NCBI GenBank assembly: GCA_045534775.1
Contig: JAZSKI010000049.1
Coordinates: 9,254-73,253 of the forward strand
Length of the DNA stretch: 64,000 nt
Origin: Clostridia bacterium
Lineage (GTDB): Bacteria; Bacillota; Clostridia; RUG12999
Direction of reading: 5' to 3'
Position numbers and translations under genes: made by a program. This document shows positions 37,703 through 48,997 of this stretch, piece by piece; the stretch's first letter is position 1, and every line of letters starts with the position of its first letter. The notes under the pieces are model-generated. The model did no database searches. It had not been told where the DNA came from and saw only the letters and a list, made by a program, of their open reading frames with translations.

Positions 37703-38548
37703 CTATTCAGCTTGTAAAATTGCCGCCTTAACTGTGTTTTTCATAAGCATGGCTATTGTCATAGGACCTACGCCACCCGGCACGGGGGTAATTGCTCCTG
37801 CTACCTTGCTTACTTCATCATAATCAACATCGCCGCACAGCTTGCCTTCGCTGTTTCTGTTCATACCAACGTCAATAACCACAGCGCCTTCCTTTACCAT
37901 ATCGGCTTTGATAAGACCTGCCACTCCTACTGCCGCTACCAGAATATCTGCTTCAAGGCATTTCTCCTTTAAATCGCGGGTTCTTGAATGGCAAATGGTA
38001 ACCGTACCGTTTTTATGAAGCAGAAGCATCGCCTGAGGCTTACCTACAATATTACTTCTTCCCACAACTACGCAGTTTTTGCCTGCAACCTCTACGCCGC
38101 TTTCGGCAATAAGCTCCATAACACCCGCCGGAGTACACGGCAGAAAATCAAAATCGCCTATCATAATTTTACCCACATTAACGGGATGGAAAGCGTCTAC
38201 GTCTTTGTTTGGATTAATTCTGTTTAAAACTGCCTTCTCGTCAAAATGCTTTGGTAAGGGAAGCTGTACCAGAATACCGCTTATGGTTTTTGTTTCATTA
38301 AGAGTATCTATCAGCTCCAACAACTCTTCCTGCGAGGTTTCCGCAGGAAGTGCATATTCCTCGGAATATATACCCGTCTGCTCGCAGGCTTTCTTTTTAT
38401 TGTTAACATACACCCTTGATGCAGGGTCATCACCGACTATAATTACAGCAAGTCCCGGGTTAATGCCTTTTCCTTTCAGCTCTGCCACCTCTTGTGCCAG
38501 CTCTGCCTTTATCCTTGTTGATACCATTTTTCCGTCTAAAATTTTCAT
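37703..38548 (-). CDS. folD: bifunctional methylenetetrahydrofolate dehydrogenase/cyclohydrolase
   Basis: 281 aa with [16 protein letters not shown] and PGGVGPMT. Confidence 0.9.
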   Translation of the reverse strand: MKILDGKMVSTRIKAELAQEVAELKGKGINPGLAVIIVGDDPASRVYVNNKKKACEQTGIYSEEYALPAETSQEELLELIDTLNETKTISGILVQLPLPKHFDEKAVLNRINPNKDVDAFHPVNVGKIMIGDFDFLPCTPAGVMELIAESGVEVAGKNCVVVGRSNIVGKPQAMLLLHKNGTVTICHSRTRDLKEKCLEADILVAAVGVAGLIKADMVKEGAVVIDVGMNRNSEGKLCGDVDYDEVSKVAGAITPVPGGVGPMTIAMLMKNTVKAAILQAE

Positions 38549-40364
38549 TTTTTCTACCTCCGTCTTCTTTATGTTCAGGCCTTATAAGACAATCCTTACC
38601 AAACCCTATTAAATCCTCTCGTCCCGCTTTTTGTAAAGCTTTTCTTACTATCGCCGCATTCTCAGGGCGGTTAAACTGTAGCAATGCTCTTTGCATTTTC
38701 TTTTCTTCGGAGGTATTTGCCACATATACCTCTTTCATGGTCCCGGGGTCAATTCCCGTATAATACATACAGGTTGAGATTGTGCCCGGTGTGGGATAAA
38801 AATCCTGTACCTGCTGTGGATTAATCCCCTCTTTTTTCAGATACACCGCCAGCTCTACCGCCGATTTAAGGGTCGACCCGGGGTGACTTGACATAAGATA
38901 AGGTACCAGATACTGTTTTTTGCCTAATTTTTCATTTATCTTATAAAATTTCTGACAAAAGCTTCTGTACACATCATTGCCGGGTTTCCCCATTTTTTCT
39001 AAAACCTCGCCGCTTACGTGTTCAGGTGCCACCTTAAGCTGACCGCTTACATGATGTTCGCATATTTCCCGCAGAAACTCATCACTTTTATCTGCCATTA
39101 TATAGTCAAATCTAAGTCCCGAACGGATAAAAACTTTTTTTATCCCGTCAATTCTTCGCAGTTTCCTGAGCAGCTCAAGATAATCCTTATGGGACACCTT
39201 CATATTGGGGCATACCTTTGGATAAAGGCATTGCTTTGACGGGCAGACTCCGTTTTTCAGCTGATTGTCGCAGGCAGGGTCACGGAAATTCGCCGTCGGA
39301 CCGCCTACATCGTGAATATACCCTTTAAATCCGTGATGGTGGGTTATTTTTTCAGCCTCCTGCAAAATTGACTGATGACTTCTGCTTTGAACTATACGTC
39401 CCTGATGAAACGCAAGAGCGCAGAAATTACAGCTTCCGAAACAGCCTCTTGAGCTTATTATACTGAACTGCACCTCTTCAATAGCGGGAACTCCGCCCAT
39501 TTTTTCATATATGGGATGGGGTTCACGCATAAAGTTCAAAGAAAATACTCTGTCCAGCTCCTTACGGCTGAGTGGCATCGCAGGTTTGTTTTGTACCAAA
39601 TATCTGCCGGCACATTCCTGCACCACCGTTTTCCCTCTGACAGGGTCGTTATGATAATATTGCAGTTTCACCGCTTTTGCGTATTCCTCTTTTGACCCTG
39701 CAACCTCTTTAAAGGAAGGACACATAACGTAATCCTGCAATCCATCTGTAGTTTTGGCAATATACGCCGTCCCGTCAATATAGGTAAGCTGAGAAATATC
39801 AAAGCCTTCATTGAGCGCCTTTGCCACTTCGGCTATAATCCTCTCGCCCATTCCGTAGATAAGCAAATCCGCACTACTGTCAAAAAGAATTGACCTTCTC
39901 ACCTTGTTGTCCCAATAGTCATAATGGGCGTATCTCCGAAGACTTGCTTCGATTCCGCCTATGATTATGGGTACGTCTCCAAAGGCTTCACGGATTTTAT
40001 TACAATAAACTATCGTTGCTCTGTCGGGGCGGCTACCCGCCTTTCCGCCCGGTGAATAAGCATCGTCACTTCTCGGTTTTTTTGCCGCCGTATAATGTGC
40101 CACCATAGAATCTATATTCCCTGCCGATACTAAAAACCCGAGTCTCGGTCTGCCGAATTCCCTGAAGGCTTCGGCATTTTTTGTGTTCGGTTGAGAAAGA
40201 ATGGCAATCTTAAAGCCTTCCTTTTCCAGCACTCTTGACAAAATTGCCGCCGCAAAGGAGGGATGGTCCACATAAGCATCTCCCGTAACAAATACAAAAT
40301 CTGTCTCTGCCCAGCCTCTCTCTTCCATATCACGCCGATTTATGGGTAAAAAATCCTTTATCAT
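38460..40364 (-). CDS. ygiQ: YgiQ family (UPF0313) radical SAM protein
   Basis: 634 aa with N-terminal DAYVDHPSF and the radical SAM motif CFGSCNFC. Its Lys/Arg-rich C-terminal tail overlaps the folD start by 89 nt. Confidence 0.85.
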   Translation of the reverse strand: MIKDFLPINRRDMEERGWAETDFVFVTGDAYVDHPSFAAAILSRVLEKEGFKIAILSQPNTKNAEAFREFGRPRLGFLVSAGNIDSMVAHYTAAKKPRSDDAYSPGGKAGSRPDRATIVYCNKIREAFGDVPIIIGGIEASLRRYAHYDYWDNKVRRSILFDSSADLLIYGMGERIIAEVAKALNEGFDISQLTYIDGTAYIAKTTDGLQDYVMCPSFKEVAGSKEEYAKAVKLQYYHNDPVRGKTVVQECAGRYLVQNKPAMPLSRKELDRVFSLNFMREPHPIYEKMGGVPAIEEVQFSIISSRGCFGSCNFCALAFHQGRIVQSRSHQSILQEAEKITHHHGFKGYIHDVGGPTANFRDPACDNQLKNGVCPSKQCLYPKVCPNMKVSHKDYLELLRKLRRIDGIKKVFIRSGLRFDYIMADKSDEFLREICEHHVSGQLKVAPEHVSGEVLEKMGKPGNDVYRSFCQKFYKINEKLGKKQYLVPYLMSSHPGSTLKSAVELAVYLKKEGINPQQVQDFYPTPGTISTCMYYTGIDPGTMKEVYVANTSEEKKMQRALLQFNRPENAAIVRKALQKAGREDLIGFGKDCLIRPEHKEDGGRKNENFRRKNGINKDKGRAGTRGGRAERKRH

Positions 40365-42628
40365 TTTTCATTTTCCATCATTTCATTAAATTGTTGTTTT
40401 GTCATTATAAGGGTACGGGGTTTGTTACTGCCGTCATAGGTTGATATTACCTTATGCTTATCCAGAATATCAATAAGTCTGCCTGCTCTTGCATAGCCCA
40501 CCTTAAGCCTTCTTTGAAGCATAGACGCAGAAACCTGACCCAGTTCAAAAGCTATTTCCGCCGCTTCCTCAAAAAGCTCATCCTGTTCGGGACTGCTGTC
40601 AGGGGTTGCCGCAGCCGCAGCATTACCTTCAATAGTTTTGAGTATGTCGTGGTTATAGTCGGCAGAAGCCTGTTCCTTTACAAAATTAACTATGTTTTCC
40701 ACATCCGTGTCCGATACAAAGGCACCCTGCACACGGTTTAATTTAGACGTTCCCGCCAGCATCATAAGCATATCGCCTTTACCCATAAGCTTTTCTGCAC
40801 CGCCCGTATCCAAAATGGTACGCGAATCCACCGCACTCGATACGGCAAATGAAATTCTTGACGGGATATTTGCTTTGATTACGCCCGTAATAACGTCTAC
40901 GGAAGGTCTTTGAGTTGCAAGCACCAGATGCATGCCTGCCGCCCTTGCCTTTTGAGCCAGTCGGCAAATATAATCCTGAGCCTCGCCCGGCGCTACCATC
41001 ATAAGGTCTGCAAGCTCGTCTATAATTATAACAATCTGCGGTACAATGGTAGCATTTTCATCTTCCTCAAGAAGCTTTTTATTATAGCCTTCCAGATCAC
41101 GAACAGCTTTTTCCGCAAATTTCTGATAGCGTTCCTCCATTTCTTTAACTGCCCAGCAAAGCGCGCCTGCCGCCTTCCTCGGGTCTGTTACGATAGGTAT
41201 GAGCAAATGAGGAATTCCGTTGTACATTCCAAGCTCAACCACCTTGGGGTCTACCATTACCAGCTTAACCTCTTCGGGTTTTGCTTTGTATAAAATACTT
41301 GTGATTATGGTGTTTATGCATACACTTTTACCCGACCCCGTTGCTCCCGCAATAAGGAGATGGGGTGTTTTGGCAATATCCATAACGGCAACATTGCCGT
41401 TTATGTCTCTGCCGACAGCAACTGCCAGCTTTGATTTATGATTTCTGAATTCGGGGGTTTCGATTATACTTCTCATATATACCGCCGATACCGTATCGTT
41501 TGAAACCTCTACTCCCACGTAGCCCGGCAGAACTTCAATTCTCACATTACTTGCCGGAAGTCTGAGAGCAATGTCCTGGTCAAGTGCCGTTATTCGGTTT
41601 ACTTTTATTCCTGCCGCAGGGACTACCTCATACCTGGTTACGCTGGAGCCTCTTGTGATGTTTGTTATCTTTGTTTCTATGCCGTAGCTGCTGAATATCT
41701 CCATCAACTTCGCCGCATTTTCCTTTAAAGTATCTAAGCTACCGCCCGTATGTACCTTGGGTCCTTCATAGAGAAGGTCAACTGACGGGAATATATATTC
41801 TTTCACAGGTTCGGGTTCCTTGACCTCTCCGTTTTCGTCTATAATCAAATCCTCAGCAATTTGAGCAGGCTCGGTCGGAGTTTCCTTTTCAGCAGGTTCC
41901 GGGGCAGGCTCAGGTGTAGCCGCTTCCTCTTTATCGCTCATAGTATCATTGATAACCAGGTTGTCTGCCCAATTATATTCTTCCAGGTCGAAGTTATCCT
42001 CCTCTTTCTCCTGTTTTTTGGTTTTTTTATGTTCCTTCACCGATTCTTCTTTTATCTTTTCTTCCTTCTCCGCCTTGCGTTCCTCAAGGTACTCTCTGAA
42101 ACCCGTAAGCATTTTCCTGAACAAACTAATGAGCGATATTTCAAAGAGAATTACCGTCATTATAAGCAAAATTGCAAATACGGTTATAAATCCGCCTACC
42201 GTTCCCATAAGCCATATAGCAGGCTCTGCCAAAAGTCCGCCTATAACACCGCCGCCGTGACCTTCCGTCCCGAGACGGAACAGCTCTGCAACTCCTCCGT
42301 CTGCGGCGGAGTTTGAAATCCTGTGTATAAGCTGAAACAGCATTGATAATGCAGGAGGTATACATAAGATTACCACTATTTTTGCTGTATTTTTTCCTAA
42401 AATTGCCATTATTGCCGCCGCAATAAAGGCTATAGGCAAAATATACGCAATATCTCCAAGCAATCCACAAGCCGCCGCTGAGAGCCATTCTCCTGCTTTG
42501 CCGCCGCCTTCCATCCAGAGGCTGACTATGAAAAATATGCCCAAAGCAACCGCTATGATTGCTATTACTTCCTTCTTTAAAAATCCCTGTTTTTCATTCT
42601 TCTTGCGAACAACCTTCTTTTTAGCCAT
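40361..42628 (-). CDS. ftsK: DNA translocase FtsK/SpoIIIE
   Basis: 755 aa with N-terminal TM helices, a Pro/Glu-rich linker, Walker A GATGSGKS and a C-terminal gamma domain. Confidence 0.9.
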   Translation of the reverse strand: MAKKKVVRKKNEKQGFLKKEVIAIIAVALGIFFIVSLWMEGGGKAGEWLSAAACGLLGDIAYILPIAFIAAAIMAILGKNTAKIVVILCIPPALSMLFQLIHRISNSAADGGVAELFRLGTEGHGGGVIGGLLAEPAIWLMGTVGGFITVFAILLIMTVILFEISLISLFRKMLTGFREYLEERKAEKEEKIKEESVKEHKKTKKQEKEEDNFDLEEYNWADNLVINDTMSDKEEAATPEPAPEPAEKETPTEPAQIAEDLIIDENGEVKEPEPVKEYIFPSVDLLYEGPKVHTGGSLDTLKENAAKLMEIFSSYGIETKITNITRGSSVTRYEVVPAAGIKVNRITALDQDIALRLPASNVRIEVLPGYVGVEVSNDTVSAVYMRSIIETPEFRNHKSKLAVAVGRDINGNVAVMDIAKTPHLLIAGATGSGKSVCINTIITSILYKAKPEEVKLVMVDPKVVELGMYNGIPHLLIPIVTDPRKAAGALCWAVKEMEERYQKFAEKAVRDLEGYNKKLLEEDENATIVPQIVIIIDELADLMMVAPGEAQDYICRLAQKARAAGMHLVLATQRPSVDVITGVIKANIPSRISFAVSSAVDSRTILDTGGAEKLMGKGDMLMMLAGTSKLNRVQGAFVSDTDVENIVNFVKEQASADYNHDILKTIEGNAAAAATPDSSPEQDELFEEAAEIAFELGQVSASMLQRRLKVGYARAGRLIDILDKHKVISTYDGSNKPRTLIMTKQQFNEMMENEK

Positions 42629-42666
42629 TCACCTATCCTCGCCTTTCTGTTACACATAAAACGTAT

Positions 42667-43464
42667 TTACCGCACACCAAGCAGCTTTGCGGCGTTTTCA
42701 TATAATATTTTGTTTCTGTCCTCATCAGATAAATTAAGTCTGTATATATCCTCAAGCGCCTCACTTGTCCATTGTATGGGGAAATCGCTTCCGAAAAGGA
42801 TTTTGTTTACATCGTGCATATATATCATTTTATAAACTTTTTCGCTTTTTACAAAAGGCATAGTGCTTGAGGTATCAAAATACACGTCCTTGCCGTAAAG
42901 GCATTTTATGGCCTCTTCCCAGTCAAAAACCCCACCCATATGAGCGGCAATCACCGTCAGCTTCGGGAAGCTTTCAAGAACATTTGCAAGTCTTGCAGGT
43001 TTTGAATTATCGGTGTTTTTATCACCCATGTGCATAAGAATGGGAAGTCCTATATCCATTGCGCATTGATAAATTCTATCCATTGCCGGTTCGTCTATCT
43101 TAAAATTCTGAAAATCAGGGTGTAGCTTCAGACCCTTAAGTCCCATCGCCTTAACCCTTTTCAGCTCGTTTTCAATGTTTTCAAAATCCTTATGTATAGT
43201 GCCAAACCCGATATAAAGCTTTTCAGCCTTAGCATATTCGCCTATAAAATCATTAACCTTCTCCACCTGAGTCGCCTTTGTTGCCGAAGAGTGGATGACA
43301 AATCCGCGCATATCCAGCCCGGTGCTCCGACTTATCAGGGTTTCTGCTATTCCGCCGCCGTGCATATCCAGCCCATAATAGCTACCTACAAATTCTGTTG
43401 CCTTTGCCGCTATTTTCTCAGGGAAAACGTGACAATGGAAATCTATTATCTTTTGTTTGCTCAT
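42667..43464 (-). CDS. amidohydrolase-2 family metal-dependent hydrolase (TIM barrel)
   Basis: IIDFHCHVFPEK... and a His/Asp metal-ligand pattern. The start is placed at MSKQK (43464) with the RBS GAAGGA. The track start is 43491. Confidence 0.7.
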   Translation of the reverse strand: MSKQKIIDFHCHVFPEKIAAKATEFVGSYYGLDMHGGGIAETLISRSTGLDMRGFVIHSSATKATQVEKVNDFIGEYAKAEKLYIGFGTIHKDFENIENELKRVKAMGLKGLKLHPDFQNFKIDEPAMDRIYQCAMDIGLPILMHMGDKNTDNSKPARLANVLESFPKLTVIAAHMGGVFDWEEAIKCLYGKDVYFDTSSTMPFVKSEKVYKMIYMHDVNKILFGSDFPIQWTSEALEDIYRLNLSDEDRNKILYENAAKLLGVR

Positions 43465-43540
43465 CTGAATCCTTCTTCCCATACAAGCCATAATAGAGGC
43501 ACGGGAGCATTGCTCCCCGCCTCCATAATTATAGTTTCAC

Positions 43541-46303
43541 TCAGCCTATTACCTCAGCACAGCGTTTGCAGAGTGTAGGATGCTTTTCGTCTGTTCCGAC
43601 TGTTTCGCTGAACATCCAGCATCTTTCACATTTTTCGCCTGCCGCCGCCGTAACCTTAATTTTTACGTTTTCTCCTGCAAAGGCATCCTCGCAGTCGCCT
43701 TCGGCAACTCTTGCCGCAGATACTATGAGGAGAGTCTTTAAATCTTCCTCTATGCTCTTTATAAATTCATATTTTTTGCCTGTAGCATAGATTGTAACAT
43801 CTGCACCCAGAGAATGACCGATCACTTTACTGTTTCTCGCTTCTTCAAGTGCCTTTTGAGCATCGGCTCTTATTGCTTTAATGTCTGCATATTTTTCGTC
43901 CAGCTTTGTATCCTCGTATTTTTCATCTGCCGCAGGCATATCGTTAAAGTATACGCTGTCCTTGTTATCCTCAGCCTTATGAGGCATAAACTGCCAGATT
44001 TCCTCTGCTGTAAAGGTGATTATAGGTGCCATAAGCTTAACAATGGCATCAAGGATAAGATACATAGCCGACTGCGCGCTTCTGCGCTCACAGCTGTCTG
44101 CTTTTTCCGTATAAAGCCTGTCTTTGATAACATCAAGGTAGAAGTTACTCATATCAACAACACAGAAATTCAGAATTGCGTGATATAATACGTGGAATTC
44201 AAACTCGTCATAAGCCGCTTTTGTTTTTGCTATAAGCTGGTTTAATTTCATCATAGCCCATTTATCCAGCTCGTTCATATTCTCATAGCTTACCATATCC
44301 GTGTCGGGATTAAAGCCGTTTAAGTTACCTATCATATATCTGGCGGTGTTACGGATTTTTCTGTAGCCTTCGGAAAGCTGTTTTAAAATATCATTGGAAA
44401 TCTTAACGTCAGATTTATAATCCGAAGAAGCTATCCACATACGGAGAATATCTGCACCGTTTGTTTCGATTACCTCGTGGGGGTCAATGCCGTTACCTTT
44501 GGATTTGGACATTTTATTACCTTCAAGGTCAATTACCATGCCGTGGGTTAAAACAGTCTTATAGGGAGCCTTGCCTTTTGTGGCAATGCTCGTGAGAAGT
44601 GACGACTGGAACCAGCCTCTGTACTGGTCGTTACCTTCAAGATAGAGGTCTGCCTGATCGCCGAAGCCTCTTTCTTCAATAACAGCACCGTGAGATGAGC
44701 CTGAATCAAACCATACGTCCATTATATCTGTTTCTTTTGTAAATTCACCGCAACCGCACTCACATTTTGTACCTGCAGGCAGCATTTCGCTTGCATCTGC
44801 CGAGAACCAGATGTCAGGTCCTTTTTCTCTGAACAGGTCTGCGATAATTTTTATTGTTTCGTCATTTATAAGCTCTTTCCCGCAATCCTTACAATAGAAA
44901 ATAGGAATAGGCACGCCCCATACACGCTGACGTGAGATACACCAGTCGCTACGCTCGCTTACCATATTACTTATACGAAGCTCGCCCCACGAAGGAATCC
45001 ATTGTACCTTCTCAATAGCCGCAAGAGCTTCCTTTTTAATGCTTTCAACCGATGCAAACCACTGTTCCGTAGCACGGTAAATAATAGGCTCTTTACATCT
45101 CCAGCAATGGGGATAAGAGTGAGTTATAACCTTCATTGACAGCAAATGTCCTGTAGCTTCCAAATCCTCTAAAATAGCTTTGTTGGATTTTGCATAGAAC
45201 ATACCCGCAAATTTTCCTGCTTCTTCTGTCAGATAACCCTTTGCATCAACAGGTACCACGTTACCGATTTCAGGATATTTCTGACATACAATATAGTCCT
45301 CCATACCGTGACCGGGAGCTGTATGTACGCAACCGCTACCGGCTTCTAAGGTTACGTGGTCACCCAGAATTACCAGAGAATTTCTGTCTAAGAAGGGATG
45401 GCGGCAGGTAATGTATTCAAGGTCGCTGCCTTTAAAGGTTTTGATTATGCTGTAGTCTTCAATTCCTGCATCGGCACACACTGTTTCTACCAATTCAGAC
45501 GCAAAGACATACGCCTCGTCACCAACCTTAACCAGACTGTATTCAAAATCGCCGTTTAAGCAAATTGCAAGGTTCGCAGGAAGCGTCCACGTTGTAGTGG
45601 TCCAGATTACGAAGTAAACCTTTTCCTTTACGTCCCCGAACATACCCTTGCCGTCTTCAACCTCAAATTTTACGTAGATTGTTGCTGTTTCGTCATCCTG
45701 ATATTCAATCTCAGCTTCTGCCAAAGCTGTTTCACAGTCACTGCACCAGTAAACAGGTTTAAGACCTTTATAAATAAGACCCTTGCTTGCCATTTTACCG
45801 AACATCTCTATCTGTTTGGCAACATAGTTATTATCAAGTGTAATATATGGGTTTTCCCAGTCACCCATCACGCCCAGTCTCTTAAACTGCGACCTTTGAG
45901 TATCAACATATTTAAGGGCAAATTCCCTGCAGGTTTCACGGAACTTTACAATTCCTGCCTGTTGAGGATTTATACCGAGCTTTTTAATAGCCTGCTTTTC
46001 AATGGGTAGCCCGTGAGTATCCCAACCGGGAATATAAGAAGCCTTAAAGCCGCTCATGTTTTTATATTTAACTATTATATCCTTCAGGATTTTGTTCATA
46101 GTATGTCCAAGATGAATATTACCGTTAGCATAGGGAGGTCCGTCGTGAAGCACATAAGGTGTTTTTCCTTCATTCTTCTCCATAAGCTTGTTATAAAAAT
46201 CAACGTCATCCCACTTCTCCATTATTGTGGGTTCCTTCTGAGGGAGATTTGCCCTCATAGAAAAATCTGTTTGCGGCAGATTAAGCGTCTTGCCGTAATC
46301 CAT
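43541..46303 (-). CDS. ileS: isoleucine--tRNA ligase
   Basis: HIGH motif PYANGNIHLGH, KMSKS, and C-terminal Zn fingers CxxC. The likely start is MDYGKTLNLPQTDF at 46303. The track start is 46312. Confidence 0.9.
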   Translation of the reverse strand: MDYGKTLNLPQTDFSMRANLPQKEPTIMEKWDDVDFYNKLMEKNEGKTPYVLHDGPPYANGNIHLGHTMNKILKDIIVKYKNMSGFKASYIPGWDTHGLPIEKQAIKKLGINPQQAGIVKFRETCREFALKYVDTQRSQFKRLGVMGDWENPYITLDNNYVAKQIEMFGKMASKGLIYKGLKPVYWCSDCETALAEAEIEYQDDETATIYVKFEVEDGKGMFGDVKEKVYFVIWTTTTWTLPANLAICLNGDFEYSLVKVGDEAYVFASELVETVCADAGIEDYSIIKTFKGSDLEYITCRHPFLDRNSLVILGDHVTLEAGSGCVHTAPGHGMEDYIVCQKYPEIGNVVPVDAKGYLTEEAGKFAGMFYAKSNKAILEDLEATGHLLSMKVITHSYPHCWRCKEPIIYRATEQWFASVESIKKEALAAIEKVQWIPSWGELRISNMVSERSDWCISRQRVWGVPIPIFYCKDCGKELINDETIKIIADLFREKGPDIWFSADASEMLPAGTKCECGCGEFTKETDIMDVWFDSGSSHGAVIEERGFGDQADLYLEGNDQYRGWFQSSLLTSIATKGKAPYKTVLTHGMVIDLEGNKMSKSKGNGIDPHEVIETNGADILRMWIASSDYKSDVKISNDILKQLSEGYRKIRNTARYMIGNLNGFNPDTDMVSYENMNELDKWAMMKLNQLIAKTKAAYDEFEFHVLYHAILNFCVVDMSNFYLDVIKDRLYTEKADSCERRSAQSAMYLILDAIVKLMAPIITFTAEEIWQFMPHKAEDNKDSVYFNDMPAADEKYEDTKLDEKYADIKAIRADAQKALEEARNSKVIGHSLGADVTIYATGKKYEFIKSIEEDLKTLLIVSAARVAEGDCEDAFAGENVKIKVTAAAGEKCERCWMFSETVGTDEKHPTLCKRCAEVIG

Positions 46304-46784
46304 TATCATCATTCCTTTCTGTGTCTTCAGGTATATTATTTACCATATCATAAATTCCTCTTATGGTTGCAAGCATCTGCAGCTTATAATTGGAAATTTG
46401 CGTCTTAACCGCTTTCAGCTCAGTTTTGGCCACGCTTACCGCTTTTTGTGCTTCAAAAACCGTTTGCTGTGCTTTGTTTTCTGCATCCTCCATTATAATT
46501 TTTGCTCTGTCGTGAGCGGAGGATTTAAGCTCGTCACTTGTGGTCTGTGCCACAATCAATGTATTTTGCAGTACATCTTCCATAGATTTATATTTCGTAA
46601 CCGCCGCGGACAGCATATTTACCTTGTCTTTAAGCGCCACGTTTTCCATATAAATTGTTTTATAGTCCTGAAACAGCATCGCCATAAACTGGTCAATTTC
46701 TTCGCAGTCATAACCGCCTAATGCCTTCTTTTTAAATTCCTTTGTTTCCAAATCTATCGGAGTCAGCATCAAGGTCCACCTCAC
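46281..46784 (-). CDS. divIVA: DivIVA domain cell-division protein
   Basis: MLTPIDLETKEFKKKALGGYDCEEIDQFM... plus a coiled coil. Confidence 0.85.
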   Translation of the reverse strand: MRWTLMLTPIDLETKEFKKKALGGYDCEEIDQFMAMLFQDYKTIYMENVALKDKVNMLSAAVTKYKSMEDVLQNTLIVAQTTSDELKSSAHDRAKIIMEDAENKAQQTVFEAQKAVSVAKTELKAVKTQISNYKLQMLATIRGIYDMVNNIPEDTERNDDNGLRQDA

Positions 46785-46785
46785 T

Positions 46786-47511
46786 TTAAATATATTTACG
46801 TAATTTTATTATGCTTCTGCCTTTTTTGGATATATGAGAAATTCCGTCATACACGAATTTCCCATACCCTCTGACAGATAAAATATCATTTTCCTTCAGC
46901 ATATAAGCTGTATTGGTGTTTTCGGCAAAATTCACTTTAATGCTCCCCGATGCAACGACTGCCGATGCCGCTGTCCTGCTTTTACCTGTTATAATCGCCG
47001 CAATGCTGTCAAGTCTCGGGGCCTGCACCGACCCCGAAATTTCTTCATATTTTTTTGAAGGGATTTTCTCATTTAAGTCTCCCCGTTCGGTTTTTATCAT
47101 ACTGCGACCCACCGAAATAAAATTTTGCACGATATATTCCGAAATACTGCTAAGGCAGAAAATATACGCCTTGTTTCCTTCTATAAGAATATCACCCAAC
47201 ACCTCGCGTTTCAGTCCCAGTCCAAGTAAACTGCCCAGATAGTCGCGATGGGTATATTCCCTGCCGTCGGTAGTGACTGCCTTTACCATATCAATATCCC
47301 AATAAATTTCATCCTCGCTTCCATCGGGGTAAAACGCCGCTATTTTGCGTTCCGCCTCGTCAAAGCCACCCCACAGCTTCTTACTTTTGAATTTTAAAAC
47401 CAACTGTTGCTGCTGCGGTGTCAAAAATTTTGAAAACACACAGTATGAATATTTGTCACGCTTTAACGCCAGGTCTTCAAGTCTTGCCTCTGTGATTTTC
47501 ATTTCGTCCAT
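46786..47511 (-). CDS. ylmH: YlmH-like RNA-binding S4-domain protein
   Basis: 241 aa with a C-terminal S4 domain. Position matches dcw-cluster synteny. Confidence 0.75.
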   Translation of the reverse strand: MDEMKITEARLEDLALKRDKYSYCVFSKFLTPQQQQLVLKFKSKKLWGGFDEAERKIAAFYPDGSEDEIYWDIDMVKAVTTDGREYTHRDYLGSLLGLGLKREVLGDILIEGNKAYIFCLSSISEYIVQNFISVGRSMIKTERGDLNEKIPSKKYEEISGSVQAPRLDSIAAIITGKSRTAASAVVASGSIKVNFAENTNTAYMLKENDILSVRGYGKFVYDGISHISKKGRSIIKLRKYI

Positions 47512-47521
47512 ATTTTTATCC

Positions 47522-47821
47522 TCAAAGAAAAACAGAACGCATAACTACCAGAAGTGCCCCTTGTATAAATTGCAGTAAAAGCAACACTATGACAGGCGAA
47601 AAGTCTACGGGAAGCTGACCCATCTGCGTTTTGTTCAACAGATTTCTCACAGGTGCCATTATAGGCTCTGTAAGGGATTCAATCATATACAACAGCTTGC
47701 TGAAAACGCTGTTGTCATACAAAAACGGTAGCCAGCTTGAAAATACCCTTACAAGTATAAGAACATATACTATGTTAAATAACGAGTTTATGGCAAGCAT
47801 TATTGCCGGACCTATTCCCAT
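47522..47821 (-). CDS. yggT: YggT family membrane protein
   Basis: 99 aa, 2 TM, YGGT signature. Confidence 0.8.
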   Translation of the reverse strand: MGIGPAIMLAINSLFNIVYVLILVRVFSSWLPFLYDNSVFSKLLYMIESLTEPIMAPVRNLLNKTQMGQLPVDFSPVIVLLLLQFIQGALLVVMRSVFL

Positions 47822-47839
47822 TTTTAAATCCTTCCTTCT

Positions 47840-48298
47840 TTAATTGTTCCACAAAAAGCCTTTATTTTTAAGCTCATCCTTAAAGTCGCCCATAATGGTT
47901 ACATTATAGGGAGCTATAAGATATATGTTTGTAGCAACCTTTTGAACGCTACCGCCCAAAGCATAAATTGCACCGTTAAGGAAATCAAATATTTTTCTTG
48001 CGGCATCCTTTTCCATAAGCTCAAGATTAATTACAACCGGTTTTCTTTCTTTAAGATGATCTGCAATTTCTTTAGCCTCATCAAAGGTTTCAGGTTGGAT
48101 AACAACAACCTTGAACTGAGTAGTTGCATTAATGTTTACAACCTTGCTTCTTTTATTAAAAGCTTCAAAATGCGTTGTGGTTGTTTCCTGAGGCGCATTA
48201 AGCTCCTCGTACTCCTCGTAATCGTCCTCCTCGGTTGTGTTAAAGCCTATTGCGTTTAAAATTTTTGATGATAACTTCATGGTTTTCCATCCTTTCAA
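47840..48298 (-). CDS. sepF: cell division protein SepF
   Basis: C-terminal SepF domain VVVIQPETFDEAKEIADHLKERKPVVINLE. The start may be the internal Met at 48280. Confidence 0.8.
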   Translation of the reverse strand: MKGWKTMKLSSKILNAIGFNTTEEDDYEEYEELNAPQETTTTHFEAFNKRSKVVNINATTQFKVVVIQPETFDEAKEIADHLKERKPVVINLELMEKDAARKIFDFLNGAIYALGGSVQKVATNIYLIAPYNVTIMGDFKDELKNKGFLWNN

Positions 48299-48310
48299 TT
48301 TTAATATTTA

Positions 48311-48997
48311 TTATCTTGAACCAAAGATTGCACGACCTACTCTTACCATAGTCGCACCCTCTTCTATGGCTACTTCAAAATCGTTGCTCATACCCATAGA
48401 TAAAATATCCATACTTATATTATTATATTTTTTTTGCTTTTTGTCAATATATATTTTGTATAAATCTTTAAAAATTTTACGGCTGTTTTCCATGTTTCCG
48501 CTGTCAAGTGGCGGAATTGTCATAAGTCCTTTAACTTTTATGTTGCTCAGCCCTTCGATATATTCCAGCAGACCGTCCAGCTTTTCGGGCGCTATTCCCG
48601 ATTTGCTTTCTTCGCCCGATACATTGACCTGTATCAGTACATTTATATCACGCCGAGCCTTTCCTCCCTGCTTTGAGATTTCCTCTGCAAGCTTTTCGTT
48701 ATCCACCGAATGAATCAAGGCTATCTTATCAGCTATATATTTGACCTTATTGGATTGCAAATGTCCGATAAGATGAATTTCGGCATCCTCCGATATATCC
48801 TCATACTTTTCAACCAACTCCTGAACACGGTTTTCACCGATAACACGAAGCCCGCATTCTATGGCTTCATTAATAAGCTCCGGCGGTTTGGTTTTGCTTG
48901 CTCCTACCAGCACAACTTCCTCAGGATTTCTGCCGCTTCTTTTGCAAGCCTCTGCTATCCGCCCTTCTACTTCTTTTAAGTTTTCAGATATACTCAT
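48311..48997 (-). CDS. yggS: YggS family pyridoxal phosphate homeostasis protein
   Basis: 228 aa with PLP-lysine VGASKTK, an alanine-racemase N-terminal-like fold. Confidence 0.85.
   Translation of the reverse strand: MSISENLKEVEGRIAEACKRSGRNPEEVVLVGASKTKPPELINEAIECGLRVIGENRVQELVEKYEDISEDAEIHLIGHLQSNKVKYIADKIALIHSVDNEKLAEEISKQGGKARRDINVLIQVNVSGEESKSGIAPEKLDGLLEYIEGLSNIKVKGLMTIPPLDSGNMENSRKIFKDLYKIYIDKKQKKYNNISMDILSMGMSNDFEVAIEEGATMVRVGRAIFGSR

Noticed and set aside
46250-46400. T-box riboswitch upstream of ileS
   Set aside because: The ileS start overlaps the end of divIVA, leaving no leader. No AGGGUGGNACCGCG T-box core was seen.
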